From: Macrostomum lignano
Lineage: Eukaryota
NCBI GenBank assembly: GCA_002269645.1
Contig: NIVC01000157.1
Span: 372,001-436,000 of the forward strand
Length of the DNA stretch: 64,000 nt
Direction: 5' to 3'
Shown one piece after another: positions 29,228 to 44,175 of this stretch. The notes under the pieces are model-generated. The model was not told the DNA's origin. It searched no databases and saw only the letters and a program-made list of their open reading frames with translations. Position 1 is the first letter of the stretch. Each line of letters opens with the position of its first letter. Position numbers and translations under genes: made by a program.

Positions 29228-30472
29228 TTAATTTCCAGTGTACACCTCCGATACCAAGGCGTTGAAGGCACGCCAGACAGAATCATTTCTGATACAGACA
29301 GCGGCTCCACCCTGTGTCAGTTGATCGTCCATTCGGTTCAGGTCAGAGAGGCAGACTATGTTCCGTTGCTCTGAGACGCACCACTTTGAGTGGTCCGTTG
29401 TGGTGTTCCATTCCCAAGTATCATCACCAACTGTCATTCTGATTTTTTTAATATTACCACTGATATTCCTCTTTCGCTCGGAAATAGTTCTGAGCCAGGA
29501 CTGAACTCGAAATTCTCCTGCTTGGTACGAATCGCAAATTTTTCTATATATGCATTCCGCTGGGCTATTTTTTCCTTTTACAAACAAATTGAACGGGACG
29601 TTGCCCTTGCTTGAAAAACTCTCAATTGAAATTTCTGTTCGACTTTCGTTTTCGGGAAAGCCAAACTCATGCGGATGATGGTACCTTGGCTTCGCCTGTT
29701 CTAGCCATCCAGAGAGATCTTTAATAGTTTCGCTCTTTACGCTGATGCAGATGAACGATTGCGCATACGTAGGATCTTGACTGAACTCGCTTGGCTCATC
29801 AAATCTGGGGAAATGTCTCGCCGAGAACATCATCCAGAATCCGGGATTCCCAACCATGAACAGTCCTTTCAGATGGCCGAAACCAGGAATCCAGGTTTCA
29901 TTTGGTGGCGGCTTGTCACTGTAAGCGAAAACTGCGCCTCTGTTTTGTCTAGCCTGCTCCAGTGTTTCATAAACCGGTCCTTCTGTCGTAATATTTCCAG
30001 CGTATTCCCAATTTTCTTTATTCCTTGGTGACTTTGATGACAAGTAAGCATATTCATACGAACCTGGCCTTTTAATCGCAATGAACCAGTCTCTGTTTAT
30101 TCCATCAACTTTGCAGCTGAAGTTTTTAAGATTGTTTCGATTATCAACTATCCAGTTCTTGATTTTATCAGCAGCAGTCTGAGCCGCTCCCCGCTGGCTG
30201 CGCCCACCTCCCCTCGCCTTGCCGCCTCCACCGGATGCCTGAGGAGAGGCTGAGCTTCCCGAGGCTGCAGGATATCCAGCGCCCTTGCCTTTGTTACCTT
30301 TTGGGGCCACCAGCATCGGAGGGGTGCCGTTCACCGGCCTCCTGAAAGCTGCACACTTCGGGCACTCGCCACTCAAGTTGCCGACGAGACAGAAGCTGGA
30401 GACTTCATCAGATCCCAGTGTTGCTGCAGCAATGCAACACAACAGAAGCAGCCTTAGGTAGTTCGAAGCCAT
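29228..30472 (-). CDS. DNase II family protein (plancitoxin-1-like), secreted or lysosomal, single coding exon, 414 aa
   Basis: Signal peptide MASNYLRLLLLCCIAAATLG; motifs FSC...DWFIAIK, YSDKPP, GHLKG, GFWMMFS..HFP, YAQSFIC, DHSKW, CLSDLNR...QGGAAVC. An acceptor tttcag lies 2 nt before the ATG. Confidence 0.9.
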   Translation of the reverse strand: MASNYLRLLLLCCIAAATLGSDEVSSFCLVGNLSGECPKCAAFRRPVNGTPPMLVAPKGNKGKGAGYPAASGSSASPQASGGGGKARGGGRSQRGAAQTAADKIKNWIVDNRNNLKNFSCKVDGINRDWFIAIKRPGSYEYAYLSSKSPRNKENWEYAGNITTEGPVYETLEQARQNRGAVFAYSDKPPPNETWIPGFGHLKGLFMVGNPGFWMMFSARHFPRFDEPSEFSQDPTYAQSFICISVKSETIKDLSGWLEQAKPRYHHPHEFGFPENESRTEISIESFSSKGNVPFNLFVKGKNSPAECIYRKICDSYQAGEFRVQSWLRTISERKRNISGNIKKIRMTVGDDTWEWNTTTDHSKWCVSEQRNIVCLSDLNRMDDQLTQGGAAVCIRNDSVWRAFNALVSEVYTGN

Positions 30473-31589
30473 GCCTGAAACCGAAGGACGGAGGAAAGTC
30501 ACATCATTATATAAGAGTTTAACCAATCTAAACAGACTTTGCTAGGAATGCGAGGAACCCTTTGTTCAACAATAGGAAATAGGCGATGAATCTTAGAGTT
30601 TCAAAATTGAGGCTTTGTTAATGCTCCAAATACTTCTTACTGCATGGGTTCAATCCATATTTGCTTACTCAACACAAGAGTACGCTATATAATTTAATAG
30701 TACATTTATTCCCAGAAATAGCAGCGTAAAAAGCTAGCTCAGCAGAGTTTTAGAGGTCCACTACACCAGAGCACCCCACACACCACTCCGCAGCACGCAC
30801 CACTTCAGAACACACAACACTCCACAGCAATGCGCTGGAACTGAATGTCTATAGTTCCTAGCTCACTGGTGGCATGAAGGATTTCCTCGAATCAGACCTG
30901 AGTGAAATTTCTCATAAACTACGATTTTGCTAAATGTTTCTTGAGAATTCGAAATGTCGTCAGATTTTTGCTTCTAACATACGTCGCTAACAGCTGAAAT
31001 TGAAAATAGTATCTTCATACTACATACCTTTATCGCTTTCCTTTAAGAACATGCCTTGTCTTTGCGATTTCCAATTGCTTTCGCGCTTACAGCGAAGCGG
31101 AGAAACTTTGACTTGTATGCGTCTCGACCGCAGCTATAATCCAAACGGACCAGCTCCAGACCAGCCGGCCTCAATGCCCAATGGCGGGAAGCCAGCAACC
31201 TACTGCGAGCGCGGGAAACAGAAGACTCGCAGCTGAGCCTGAGAGCCTAGCAGCCTAGCAGCTGTTGCCTAACAACCCTGCCAGGGACAACCCTGGTTAA
31301 GCGCTAACCCTACCCCGCTCAAACCATTGATTGCTTTGAATTGAGCCTGTGCGTTCTTATTAACTATAAAATACACTGCTTTGAATAATTTTGGATACTC
31401 ATAACACTCATGAAAGCTACCATTGGCATTAGAGAGCCAGTGTGTTTGAAATATTTCTATCGTGTAAGCAGAATATAACGCAGTATGGCAAGCAAGGTTT
31501 TATTATAGCATGACGCCAGACAGCCCGCTCCTCACGCTACTAATTCTCAAGCTGGGCGCATAAGTTCGACCTGTGCCTTATGAAAAGGA

Positions 31590-32380
31590 AAATGGAATTA
31601 TGAATGAGAATGGGATTATGAATGAGAATGGGATTATGAATGGGAATGGGATTATAAATGAGAATGGGATTTAGATTGAGAATGGGATTATTAATGAGAA
31701 TGGGATTATGAATGGGAATGGGATTATGAATGGGAATGGGATTATAAATGAGAATGGGATTGAGATTGAGATTGGGATTATTAATGAGAATGGGATTATG
31801 AATGGGAATGGGATTATAAATGAGAATGGGATTATTAATGAGAATGGGATTATGAATGAAAATAGGATTATAAATTAGAATGGGATTATTAATGAGAATG
31901 GGATTGAGATTGAGAATGGGATTATGAATGAGAATGGGATTATGAATGAGAATGGGATTATGAATGAAAATAGGATTATGAATGAGAATGGGATTATTAA
32001 TGAGAATGGGATTTTGAATGAAAATAGGATTATAAATGAGAATGGGATTATTAATGAGAATGGGATTATGAATGAGAATGGGATTAATAATGAGAATGGG
32101 ATTATGAATGAGAATGGGATTATGAATGAAAATAGGATTATGAATGAGAATGGGATTATTAATGAGAATGGGATTTTGAATGAAAATAGGATTATAAATG
32201 AGAATGGGATTATTAATGAGAATGGGATTATGAATGAGAATGGGATTATGAATGAGAATGGGATTATGAATGAGAATGGGATTATGAATGAGAATGGGAT
32301 TGTGAATGAGAATGGGATTGTGAATGAGAATGGGATTGTGAATGAGAATGGGATTGTGAATGAGAATGGGATTATGAATG
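31590..32380. repeat. 18-bp minisatellite (aatgagaatgggattatg)
   Basis: Direct reading. Confidence 0.96.
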
Positions 32381-32790
32381 ACAAGTGGTCAACCATGAGA
32401 ATATAGTAAGAATAAAACTTCCAAAATAAGTTCCGAGCCCAAAATGCCTACTTACACTACTTTTGGCAGTAGAAAGCACAGAAAACAAAGGCTTAATTTT
32501 TTTGAAAAGCACTGCTTAACTTAATGCATGTCATTTACATGGCTTAGGCGTGGCTCACGAACGAACCCTTATAAGCTATTTTAAACGATCGCTTTTCTTA
32601 GCATTGGCAAAAAATTGCGGGAAATCATTCAATCAAACCGTCAAACAAAGAGAGCTTTTTACTAATTGTTGCTCGAAAAAAGGATATTAATAATCTTGCA
32701 ATCGAACTCTGGGTTACTACCTTTTCTGATGAGATGAAGCAGTCTCTTACCTCGAGCTTTTTCGCTGCAATGATGCTTCGAAAACAACCG

Positions 32791-33037
<247 letters not shown>

Positions 33038-33297
33038 ACTTACACAGACTGCTCAAATATGCAGTATTATTTTGCACGGTTCGGCTTTCTCATAAGCTTT
33101 TGTTAATTTAAAGAGCTCAGTAGTCCCAGATGATGCAAGGCTTTATCAGGATAGGCAAATTCTTATTGTCTGAAGCTCAAAGTTCTCAGAGTTTTTTGGC
33201 AGCTTTTATATTTTAAAAGATTTTTATTTTAAAGAGTGATTTCGTTAGTTTTGAAATTTGACATTGCTTATAAAAGAAACTTGTTGCTAGGGGCGGC

Positions 33298-33311
33298 GTT
33301 GCCATGGAAAC
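33298..33311. promoter_or_regulatory. RFX X-box-like motif GTTGCCATGGAAAC in a CpG-rich patch
   Basis: One mismatch to the palindromic GTTGCCATGGCAAC consensus; GC/CpG-rich context at 33290-33440. Target gene not identified. Confidence 0.35.
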
Positions 33312-33489
33312 AGCAAGCGCTATCGCGACAGTCAGGTAGATTTTCAGCGGCGCCCAATGAGGCGCGCGCTCGGGCCCGGGGGCGGCAGCTGCGGCGGCCG
33401 TCGAAATGGGATGGCGTTCTCTGACAGCTGGCCGCCGAATTGCCGGATCGCTTCTGCAATGCGATTGTGTGGTTGCTAAGGCGATTGAT

Positions 33490-33749
33490 CTGGTTGCTAT
33501 GGTATCGCTGATGCTGTTATGGTCTTTTCATGGTTGCTATGACGATTTACTTGTTATTTTCATGATTGCTATGGTCCTTTTCATGGTTTCTATGGTCCTT
33601 TTCATGGTTTCTATGGTCCTTTTCATGGTTTTTATGGTCCTTTTCATGGTTGCTATGGTCCTTTTCATGGTTGCTATGGTCCTTTTCATGGTTTTTATGG
33701 TCCTTTTCATGGTTGCTATGGTCCTTTTCATGGTTGCTATGGTCTTTTT
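33490..33749. repeat. 21-bp minisatellite (atggtccttttcatggttgct), left half; continues at 37813-38030 after the LTR element
   Basis: The same unit occurs on both sides of the retrotransposon. Confidence 0.9.
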
Positions 33750-36700
33750 TGATGTGCCGGGGCTATCGTACCTGTGTCATGACAATCATGACAATCATGA
33801 CAGACGTCATGACAATGGCGTCGCAAGCAGAGAAACACTCTGAACTCAATCCCGACAACACGGACCTCGCGGAGGCCTGGCTAACAAGCTTTGCCGCCAC
33901 AGCCAGAATCAAGAAGCTCACTGATACAGACGAGATTCGTGGAATAACCGACTTGTTTCTGTCAAAGGCAGGCCTCTCCGCCATAAAAAACTCTCTCGCT
34001 GATGGCAGCACCCAATCAACTGGAGACGCTGAAATTCGAGCAAATCAATGCGCTGGTCCTTGCCACAATCAGGCCCAAGAAACGACTCATCATCGCCGAG
34101 AGGACCAGATTCCTGTTCACTAAGCAGGAAGCAGGAGAGGCCGTCATGACTTACTACCGCCGACTCAGGGCTGCCGCCTCCAGTTGCGAGACTCTTGGCT
34201 CCAAGCAATCCAAGGAGGAGGACATGATCGCCATGCGGCTGGTGGACGGCCTGGCCTCCTCAGAGCAACAAAAGGAAAATTCTCGAGAGACTTCAACAGG
34301 AAGACCTTTTGCTCAACGCCATGCTCCAAGCTATCGAGCTGCTGGAATTGATTCGCGACTACAACCAGCCGAGCCACGCACCACCAGTCATGGAGGTCGC
34401 CTTCGCCGGCGCTCAGCGCTCCAAGCACAGCGCCCCAGATAGGCATGGCCCGGGGTGCCTGCCCAGCCTATGGAAAACGCTGCTCCATCTGTCAAAAGAG
34501 CAACCACTTCGCATCGGTCTGCAGATCAAAAGGCCGGCAACGAGCCGTCCACCTCCAGACTCAGGATCCTCGGGGAAGCCCCGATCCCGAGGAATCCGGG
34601 ATCTTCACCGCGGGACAAGCAGCAAACCGAGACGGCACCGCGCCTCTCATCCGCAAGATCAAGATCAACGGGTGCGCGCTCCCTATGCAAGTGGACACCG
34701 GAGCGGAGGCCAGTTTGCTCCCCAGCAACCTGTGGAAGGAACTGGGCTGCCCCCGCTTGCGGAAGTGCGACAAAGTCCTGCGGCAGTTCGATGGATCGCG
34801 AATCAGCTGTTTAGGAATGTTCACCGCAGCCTGGGAGTCCCAGGCGAGGTACTTTACAGCCGACCTTATCGTCACGGCGGCCAGACGGCCACACGGACTC
34901 CTCGGGTGGACATCCTGCAGCTGCGGGAGGACGCCATCACAATCTCCACCGTTGAGGGGGCTGGTTGCCTCAGCGATTTCCAGGCCAAGATCAAGTAGAC
35001 GACGCCAAGCCCTTCTACGTTGCAGCTAGGCCCGTGCCCCTCCATCTGCGGGAACGCGTCAACCAGGAGCTCAAACGTCTGGAAGCCGAGGACATCCTGG
35101 AGGCAGTCCCACCGGGCGGGAGTCAGTGAGCCTCGCCAATCGTCTGCGTCCTCAAGCCCAGCGGCAAAGTCCGAGTCTGCGCTGGTTACAAAGTTGGCGT
35201 TAACCATCAGATATGCGGAGACACGTATCCCATCCCGACGGTGGAGACAATTCTTGCCGACGTGGCGGGAATGACAGATTTCGCCACCATAGACCTATCC
35301 GATGCCTATCTCCAGATTCAACTCGATCCTGGAAGCCGTGAGGTCACCACAATTGCCACATCCCTGGGCCTGTTCCGCTACAAGCGCCTGGTTCCAGGGC
35401 TCAAGTCTGCGTCAGTCATCTTCCAGAAAGTCATGGAATCTACTCTCCAGGAGATCGACGGCAAAGTAATCTATCAAGATGACATCCTCCTGGGTGGGCG
35501 CTCACAGTCAGATTTGGCGAATAAGGTCAAGCGCGCAATTGATTTCCTGCAGGCAGCCGGGATGAAGATCAGCCTGGATAAATCCGTCCAAGGACGTCAG
35601 CTTCCTGGGGTACCGGATCAGCGCAGCTGGGGTCACACCGGACCCGGCCCTGGTCGACAAAGTCCGGGCCGTCGAGACGCCGAGCGATCGACAGCAGCTC
35701 GAGTTCCTCGGTCTGTCCAATTTTTTGGGCGCTTTATCCCTAATTACTCTGAGTTGGTGGAGCCACTGAACCAGCTGAGGGCCAAGGGGGGCTGCATTCA
35801 ACTGGGGCACCCAGCAGGACCGGGTCTTCAACCGCTTGAAGGAGCTGCTCTGTACCCGGCCGCTCATCAAGCCGTACGACCGCACCAAGCAGACTGTGCT
35901 CACGACCGACGCCAGCGAGCGTGCAATTGGGGCGGTTCTGACCCAGGACGAGCACCCGATCATGTATTTCAGCAGGCGGCTGAGTGGCGCAGAGTCGGCC
36001 TATTCCAACATCGAACGGGAGGCCCTAGCAATCGTTTGGGCCATGGAGCGCGCCCGCCAGTTCCTGCTTGGGTCCCGCTTCATCCTTCGGACAGATCACA
36101 GGCCCCTCGAGTTCATCCTGAGTCCACGGGGTCAGCTCCCAAAGGTGGCCAACGCGCGGATCCTACGCTGGGCAGTACGACTCATGCCATTCGACTTTCA
36201 AGTAGAGTACGTCAAGGGCTCAGCCATCCCACATGCTGACGCTCTGTCCCGCCTCCAGCTACAGGAGGACTCTCAGGAGCGATCGCCAGCCGAGTCTTTG
36301 GAGCGCCTCATTCACTGGACCGCCAGCGACGTCATCGCCTGGGAGGAGCTAGCAGCGGAGACGAGGGAATCACCCGCCGCATCTCCGCCGCGGACTGGTC
36401 CCGTTGCTCGCTGGCAGAGACCCCATTTAAGTCCGCAAGGCAGTCACTGGCAATCGATCAGGGCGTCATATGCTATGGAGAGCGCCTCGTCATCCCATCG
36501 ACTCTACGACAGCGCGTCCTGGAATCGATTCACAACGACGCCCACTAAGGTTCCAGTGCGACCTGGCAGCTCCTGCGCAACTCGGCTTGGTGGCCGGGCT
36601 TCTGCAGAGACATCGAGGAGTTTGTGAAGGGCTGCGGCACCTGCGCCAAACTACGTCCTTCCAAGACGCAAACCCTTCATCAGTGGCCAACCGAGAGTGA

Positions 36701-37812
36701 GCCCTGGGCCAGAGTGCTCATGGATCACGCTCACGTCCCTGGTGCGGGCCTGTTGTTAATTTTGGTGGACGCAATGTCCGGCTGGCCCGAGGCCATAAGG
36801 GTACCCGACCGCAGCGCCGCCACCGTCAAGAGGGTTCTGCAGACCCTGTTTGCTCGGCACGGAGTCCCCTATACATTGGTCAGCGACAACGCGGCGGAGT
36901 TCCAGGACACTCGCCTGCTTACCTGGCTTGAGAGAGTTGGTTGCCGCGCCCTCAAGACGCCGCCCTACCATCCGCAATCCAACGGCATTGCCGAGAGGAT
37001 GGTGCAACCTGTCAAAAAGGCATCGGCCGGCTGGGATCAAAGCGAGCCGTACGAGTCTTTCCTCGCTAGGATGCTGCTCAACTACTGCTGTGTGCCTCAC
37101 GCAGGCAGACACCTCAGCCCGGCTCAACTGATGGGGTGGCAGCTGCTAAATCCAATCATCGTGCGCACCCCCATCAGAACGGAGCTCTGGTACGCGCCCG
37201 CGGGCCGCCCTGCCGAGCCGACCGAGTTCATCAGCCAAAAGGGCTCCAACACCGCGCTCATCGCCAGGCCGAGGGACCGCATCACTCTGACGCACTTAAA
37301 TCACCTGCGTCCCAGGCTGCCTCCACCTGCCCGGCGGCCAGAGGCCGCCTCGCCCGGGAACCATCCGGCAGAGGACGCGCCTTCGGGAACCATCCGGCAG
37401 AGACGGCGGAGGGCCGAGCAGTGGCTTCACCCTGGCCGGCGCCCCGGTTGCCGTGCCGGCCACGCTATCCGGTCCCGGTGGACAACCCGCGACACCGTCA
37501 GCGGGATCGTCGCGCTATTCCCTGCGGCCGAGTTGCGGCGTGCCACTGCTTCGCTTTGAGAGGGGGGAGATGACGTGCCGGGGCTATCGTACCTATGTGT
37601 ACTTACTCAGCGTACTTTTGTACTGACTAATTATGCATCGTGGGTTCTGACCATGCCCCCTCCCCGCCTTTTGGTTTCGCTTGCGTACGTCTCGTGATTA
37701 TCGATCGCTGTTTAATAATATAAGATGACTCTCGGCTCACACAATTATTTCCGTTTAAAATTCAATCTCATTCTCTTGACTTGACTCATTTATCGCCCGA
37801 GGCGCCATGACA
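33750..37812 (+). mobile_element. Ty3/Gypsy LTR retrotransposon (~4.06 kb, multiple frameshifts, internally deleted 5' LTR)
   Basis: Gag CCHC (CSICQKSNHFASVC), protease (VDTGAEASL), RT (DLSDAYLQI, YQDDILL), RNase H (TDASERAIGAVL, EREALAI, TDHRPL), integrase (CGTC, SDNAAEF, NGIAERMV). PPT gagaggggggaga at 37558-37570; 3' LTR TG..CA at 37571-37812; PBS-like tggcgtcgc near 33816; ctttt TSD (left copy has one extra T). Confidence 0.93.
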
Positions 37813-38030
37813 CTTTTAATGGTTGCTATGGTCCTTTTTATAGTTGCCATGGTCCCATCGATGGTTGTTATGGTCCTATTATGGTTACTGTGGTCCTTTT
37901 ATGGTTGCTATGGTATTTTTACGACTGCTATGGTTCTCTTTATGGTTGCTATGGCGATTTACTTGGCTGCTGTTATAATTTCCATGGTTGCTATGGTTCT
38001 ATTGATTGATCCAATGGTGATATGGTGATT
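37813..38030. repeat. 21-bp minisatellite, right half (more diverged)
   Basis: atggttgctatggtcc-type units. Confidence 0.85.
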
Positions 38031-38068
38031 TCCTTGGATTCTACAAGCGTATTTCCTTAATAACTCAC

Positions 38069-40458
<2,390 letters not shown>

Positions 40459-41713
40459 GAGTTCGCGGATCTCTAGTAGTTGATTTTTCTTGTCTTGTGT
40501 CGCCAGCAAGCGTGGAGCAGGGCAGCGAATTCCGCGCTAGTGGCAGCTGAGCTCGAATTTATAAGCGAATTTCTCGCAGCCAATCAGAGCCCGCGGAGGT
40601 CTCGTGTTGCGGAGCAATGCTTTCGCTGCTTTCTGTTTAGCTTTTTAGTGCTTTGGCGTGTCGCCGGACAAGGACCTTTAGAGACCTGGATTCGACACCA
40701 ATTTTCTGTGGAATCTTGGCACACCGATCTTTTAGCACGAAATAAAACTTACCTTTTAGTCGATGGACGCGCTTTGTTATAATGCACAGAGAAAAATACA
40801 TGGTTGAAACATTTTGTCAGCCACTCCAGACCAGATGTATTCAAACGTCCTTGCTTTACACTGTCTGAGAAATCCTCCCATCAACTGCAGCAGGCGCCTC
40901 CCACGCAAGTTTGTGGGAAATTTCTGAGAGAAAATAGTCTTGAAACTACATATTCAGCGTCTTGTTCAAGAGCGATTTCCAATTTTGGAAGTCTGCGTCT
41001 TATCGATAGGCTGCACTTTTCCCTTGGCTCAGTTTTGTCATGGCGTCTCGAAATTATTGACAATTTTACTTGGGAATTTTCCTCTCTGTCTCTCCTGTTT
41101 CACTTTGGTTTCTGACGCAAATAAGAATTTTGACATGCTAATAATGGCGCCCAAGTCTGCGCCAGAAAGCTGCATCGAAATTGCACAGTCCCGATCTTGT
41201 CTAATTGCAGCTTAGGGGGGGGGGCGTTTTTTAATAAGAAGCAGACTGAGGGTACTCAGTGAGCATGAGCTCTGGCAACTACTCAGGAACCCCCTTTCAG
41301 TTCAATAGAGGAGAATTTCCAACGAAAATCATGCCCCAAACCAAAAGAGAGATGGAGGGCGGTAAAAAGGCTACCAGAGAGGTCTGAGGGTTGAAAGCAG
41401 CTGAAAGGATCGATGGAAAAAAGCTTTTAGAGTTCAGGTAGGCCTATTCAGCTGTTCTGCTCAACATGTTGTGACAAAACGATATGTAGCCTAATGGTAG
41501 ACTCAAATACTTGCTCAAGCATGACAGTGCAAATACTTCTTACTGACAACAAACAGTGGAAATGTAACAATGTAGCATAACCATTGTTTTAGGCAAATAT
41601 GTCTCTGATGTGAGCATCTAAATGTACTTTTACATAGTGCTGTTATTTTCCAACAAGATACCCTAAATGTTTTGACACTGATGGCAACACATGATGCTAC
41701 ATAGCTTAAACCA

Positions 41714-42810
41714 TTGCAATCAGCCAGTAACCACAATCATAACAGATTGCAATCAAACAGTAACCAGAATCATAACAGATTGCAATCAAACAGTAACCAG
41801 AATCATAACAGATTGCAATCAAACAGTAACCACAGTCATAACAGATTGCAATCAGCCAGTAACCACAGTCATAACAGATTGCAATCAAACAGTAACCAGA
41901 ATCATAACAGATTGCAATCAAACAGTAACCACAATCATAACAGTTTGCAATCAAACAGTAATCAGAATCTTAACAGATTGCAATCAGCCAGTAACCACAG
42001 TCATAACAGATTGCAATCAGCCAGTAACCACAGTCATAACAGATTGCAATCAGCCAGTAACCACAATCATAACAGATTGCAATCAAACAATAACCAGAAT
42101 CATAACAGATTGCAATCAAACAATAACCAGAATCATAACAGATTGCAATCAAACAATAACCAGAATCATAACAGATTGCAATCAAACAATAACCTGAATC
42201 ATAACAGATTGCAATCAAACAATAACAACAATCATAACAGATTGCAATCAGCCAGTAACCACAATCATAATAGATTGCAATCAGCTAGTAACCACAATCA
42301 TAACAGATTGCAATCAAACAGTAACCACAGTCATAACAGATTGCAATCAGCCAGTAACCACAATCATAACAGATTGCAATCAAACAGTAACCACAATCAT
42401 AACAGATTGCAATCAGCTAGTAACCACAATCATAACAGATTGCAATCAAACAGTAACCACAATCATAACAGATTGCAATCAGCTAGTAACCACAATCATA
42501 ACAGATTGCAATCAAACAGTAACCACAGTCATAACAGATTGCAATCAGCCAGTAACCACAATCATAACAGATTGCAATCAGCCAGTAACCACAATCATAA
42601 TAGATTGCAATCAGCTAGTAACCACAATCATAACAGATTGCAATCAAACAGTAACCACAGTCATAACAGATTGCAATCAGCCAGTAACCACAATCATAAC
42701 AGATTGCAATCAAACAGTAACCACAATCATAACAGATTGCAATCAAACAGTAACCACAATCATAACAGATTGCAATCAAACAGTAACCACAATCATAACA
42801 GATTGCAATC
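41714..42810. repeat. 33-bp minisatellite (ataacagattgcaatcaaacagtaaccacaatc)
   Basis: Direct reading, ~33 copies. Confidence 0.97.
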
Positions 42811-43491
42811 AACCGCAATGAATCAATCAAATAAATATTGAAAAGCCGAAGACCCAAAATAAATTTATAAGGATGCACTGTGGCTTGTGAATCATAAAAA
42901 AACTGGTTGTGTTTTCAATGCAGCGATGGACTGATGCACTTGCTTGACATCCAAGGAATTTTGCTTCGCCAAAAATCAATGTGTACTTTTTTTACAAGCT
43001 TTTGATTTTCAGCACCTTAAGCAACACTTCCTGGATGAGGTTTTTGAGCCATTCTTCGCGATGACGTGTGAACCTTCTGACTAAGTTTCTTCTATTGAGC
43101 AGCAAAAAATGCAGGATAAAACCGAAGACAGGTGTTCTTGTATTCAAAGATAAAAAACTTCAAAACAATGGACCTGTAGCAAAGTGCTCTATTGTTATTT
43201 GGCACAAGGTCAAAATGCAACTTTCTTTTCTTCTCTAGATTCCAAGGATATGCGGTTTACTTTGATGAAGGGTCTGTTTTTTCTATTCTTAGTTTGCTTC
43301 CTAACTGAGTCTTTAGAGTGCATCAGCTGATGGAAGCTTTTTGCGAAGTCCCCTGATGTGCATCACTATATTGTAAGCATTGGGAAGTCAATTCAGGTGT
43401 TTAGGTGTGTCTTTGGGTATCTGCATCAGTGTCCATTTAGGTGTCAGGGTGTGTGTCTTTTGGTATCTGCAGTGGTATCCATTCAGGAGTC

Positions 43492-43851
43492 TTATTTATT
43501 AGAGGCAGGGGGTTGTGTGCACCCTGGCGCACTTTAAGCGACATGGGCACACAACCGGCGAGAGGCATTACTGCCCATTCCGCCGACTCCCCTGAGCAGG
43601 CATACAAGCGCGCGGATACGTACGCAGGCACACACTCACACAGGAGTGTACAGCGGCCCTAACTTTATATTATCGTTAGGCATGTACACTTCACTGCGCC
43701 TTGGGGGTTGGCTCTCAAGGCCGTTAATTGCACGAGCAGAGCCAAGCCGAGATTCCAATTCAGCCCCAAATTAATGTGACTGCACTTGGAATCGAGCCTG
43801 GGCCGCTGGCACACCAGAGCCTGCGCTAGACCGCTGGGCTACGGCCCCCCT
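43492..43851 (-). mobile_element. tRNA-derived SINE, 360 bp, full length
   Basis: Pol III A box TAGCCCAGCGG (43831-43841), B box GGCTCGATTCC (43788-43798), AATAAATAA tail, and a 14-bp TSD tccattcaggagtc at 43478-43491 and 43852-43865. Confidence 0.88.
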
Positions 43852-43915
43852 TCCATTCAGGAGTCAGGGTATGTGTCTTTTGGTATCTGCAGAGGTGTCT
43901 ATTTAGGTGTCAGGG

Positions 43916-44175
43916 TGTGGAGTTATGGGTTCTGCGAGGCAAAGTGCTTGCTATGTGAAGCGTGAAAAGTAAAGCCCTTTGGCTTGCGACAGAGTCCATA
44001 TATTTATATTGTTTAGTGCAGCACATTTATTGAGTCGCACGCAGGAGTGAGATGGGGTGGTGGGTACTACAATAAATATGATTGGCTAGGCACGCATAAG
44101 AGTGGGGGCGGGGTCAGAGGGCTTGCACGTTGACTGAGAAAGTGAATAACACAAGTTTACAGTAACAATCCGACA
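43916..44175 (-). mobile_element. Solo LTR, copy 1 (260 bp)
   Basis: TG...CA ends (tgtggag / ccgaca), 5-bp TSD caggg, and CCAAT plus AATAAA on the minus strand. Confidence 0.8.

Noticed and set aside
31075-31236. GC-rich patch with acceptor- and donor-like signals on both strands (possible exon)
   Set aside because: No frame gave a recognisable protein or a phase-consistent link to neighbouring genes.
43776-43849. tRNA gene
   Set aside because: It has A/B boxes but no convincing acceptor stem, and it is followed by a unique body, an A-rich tail and a TSD, so it is a SINE head.
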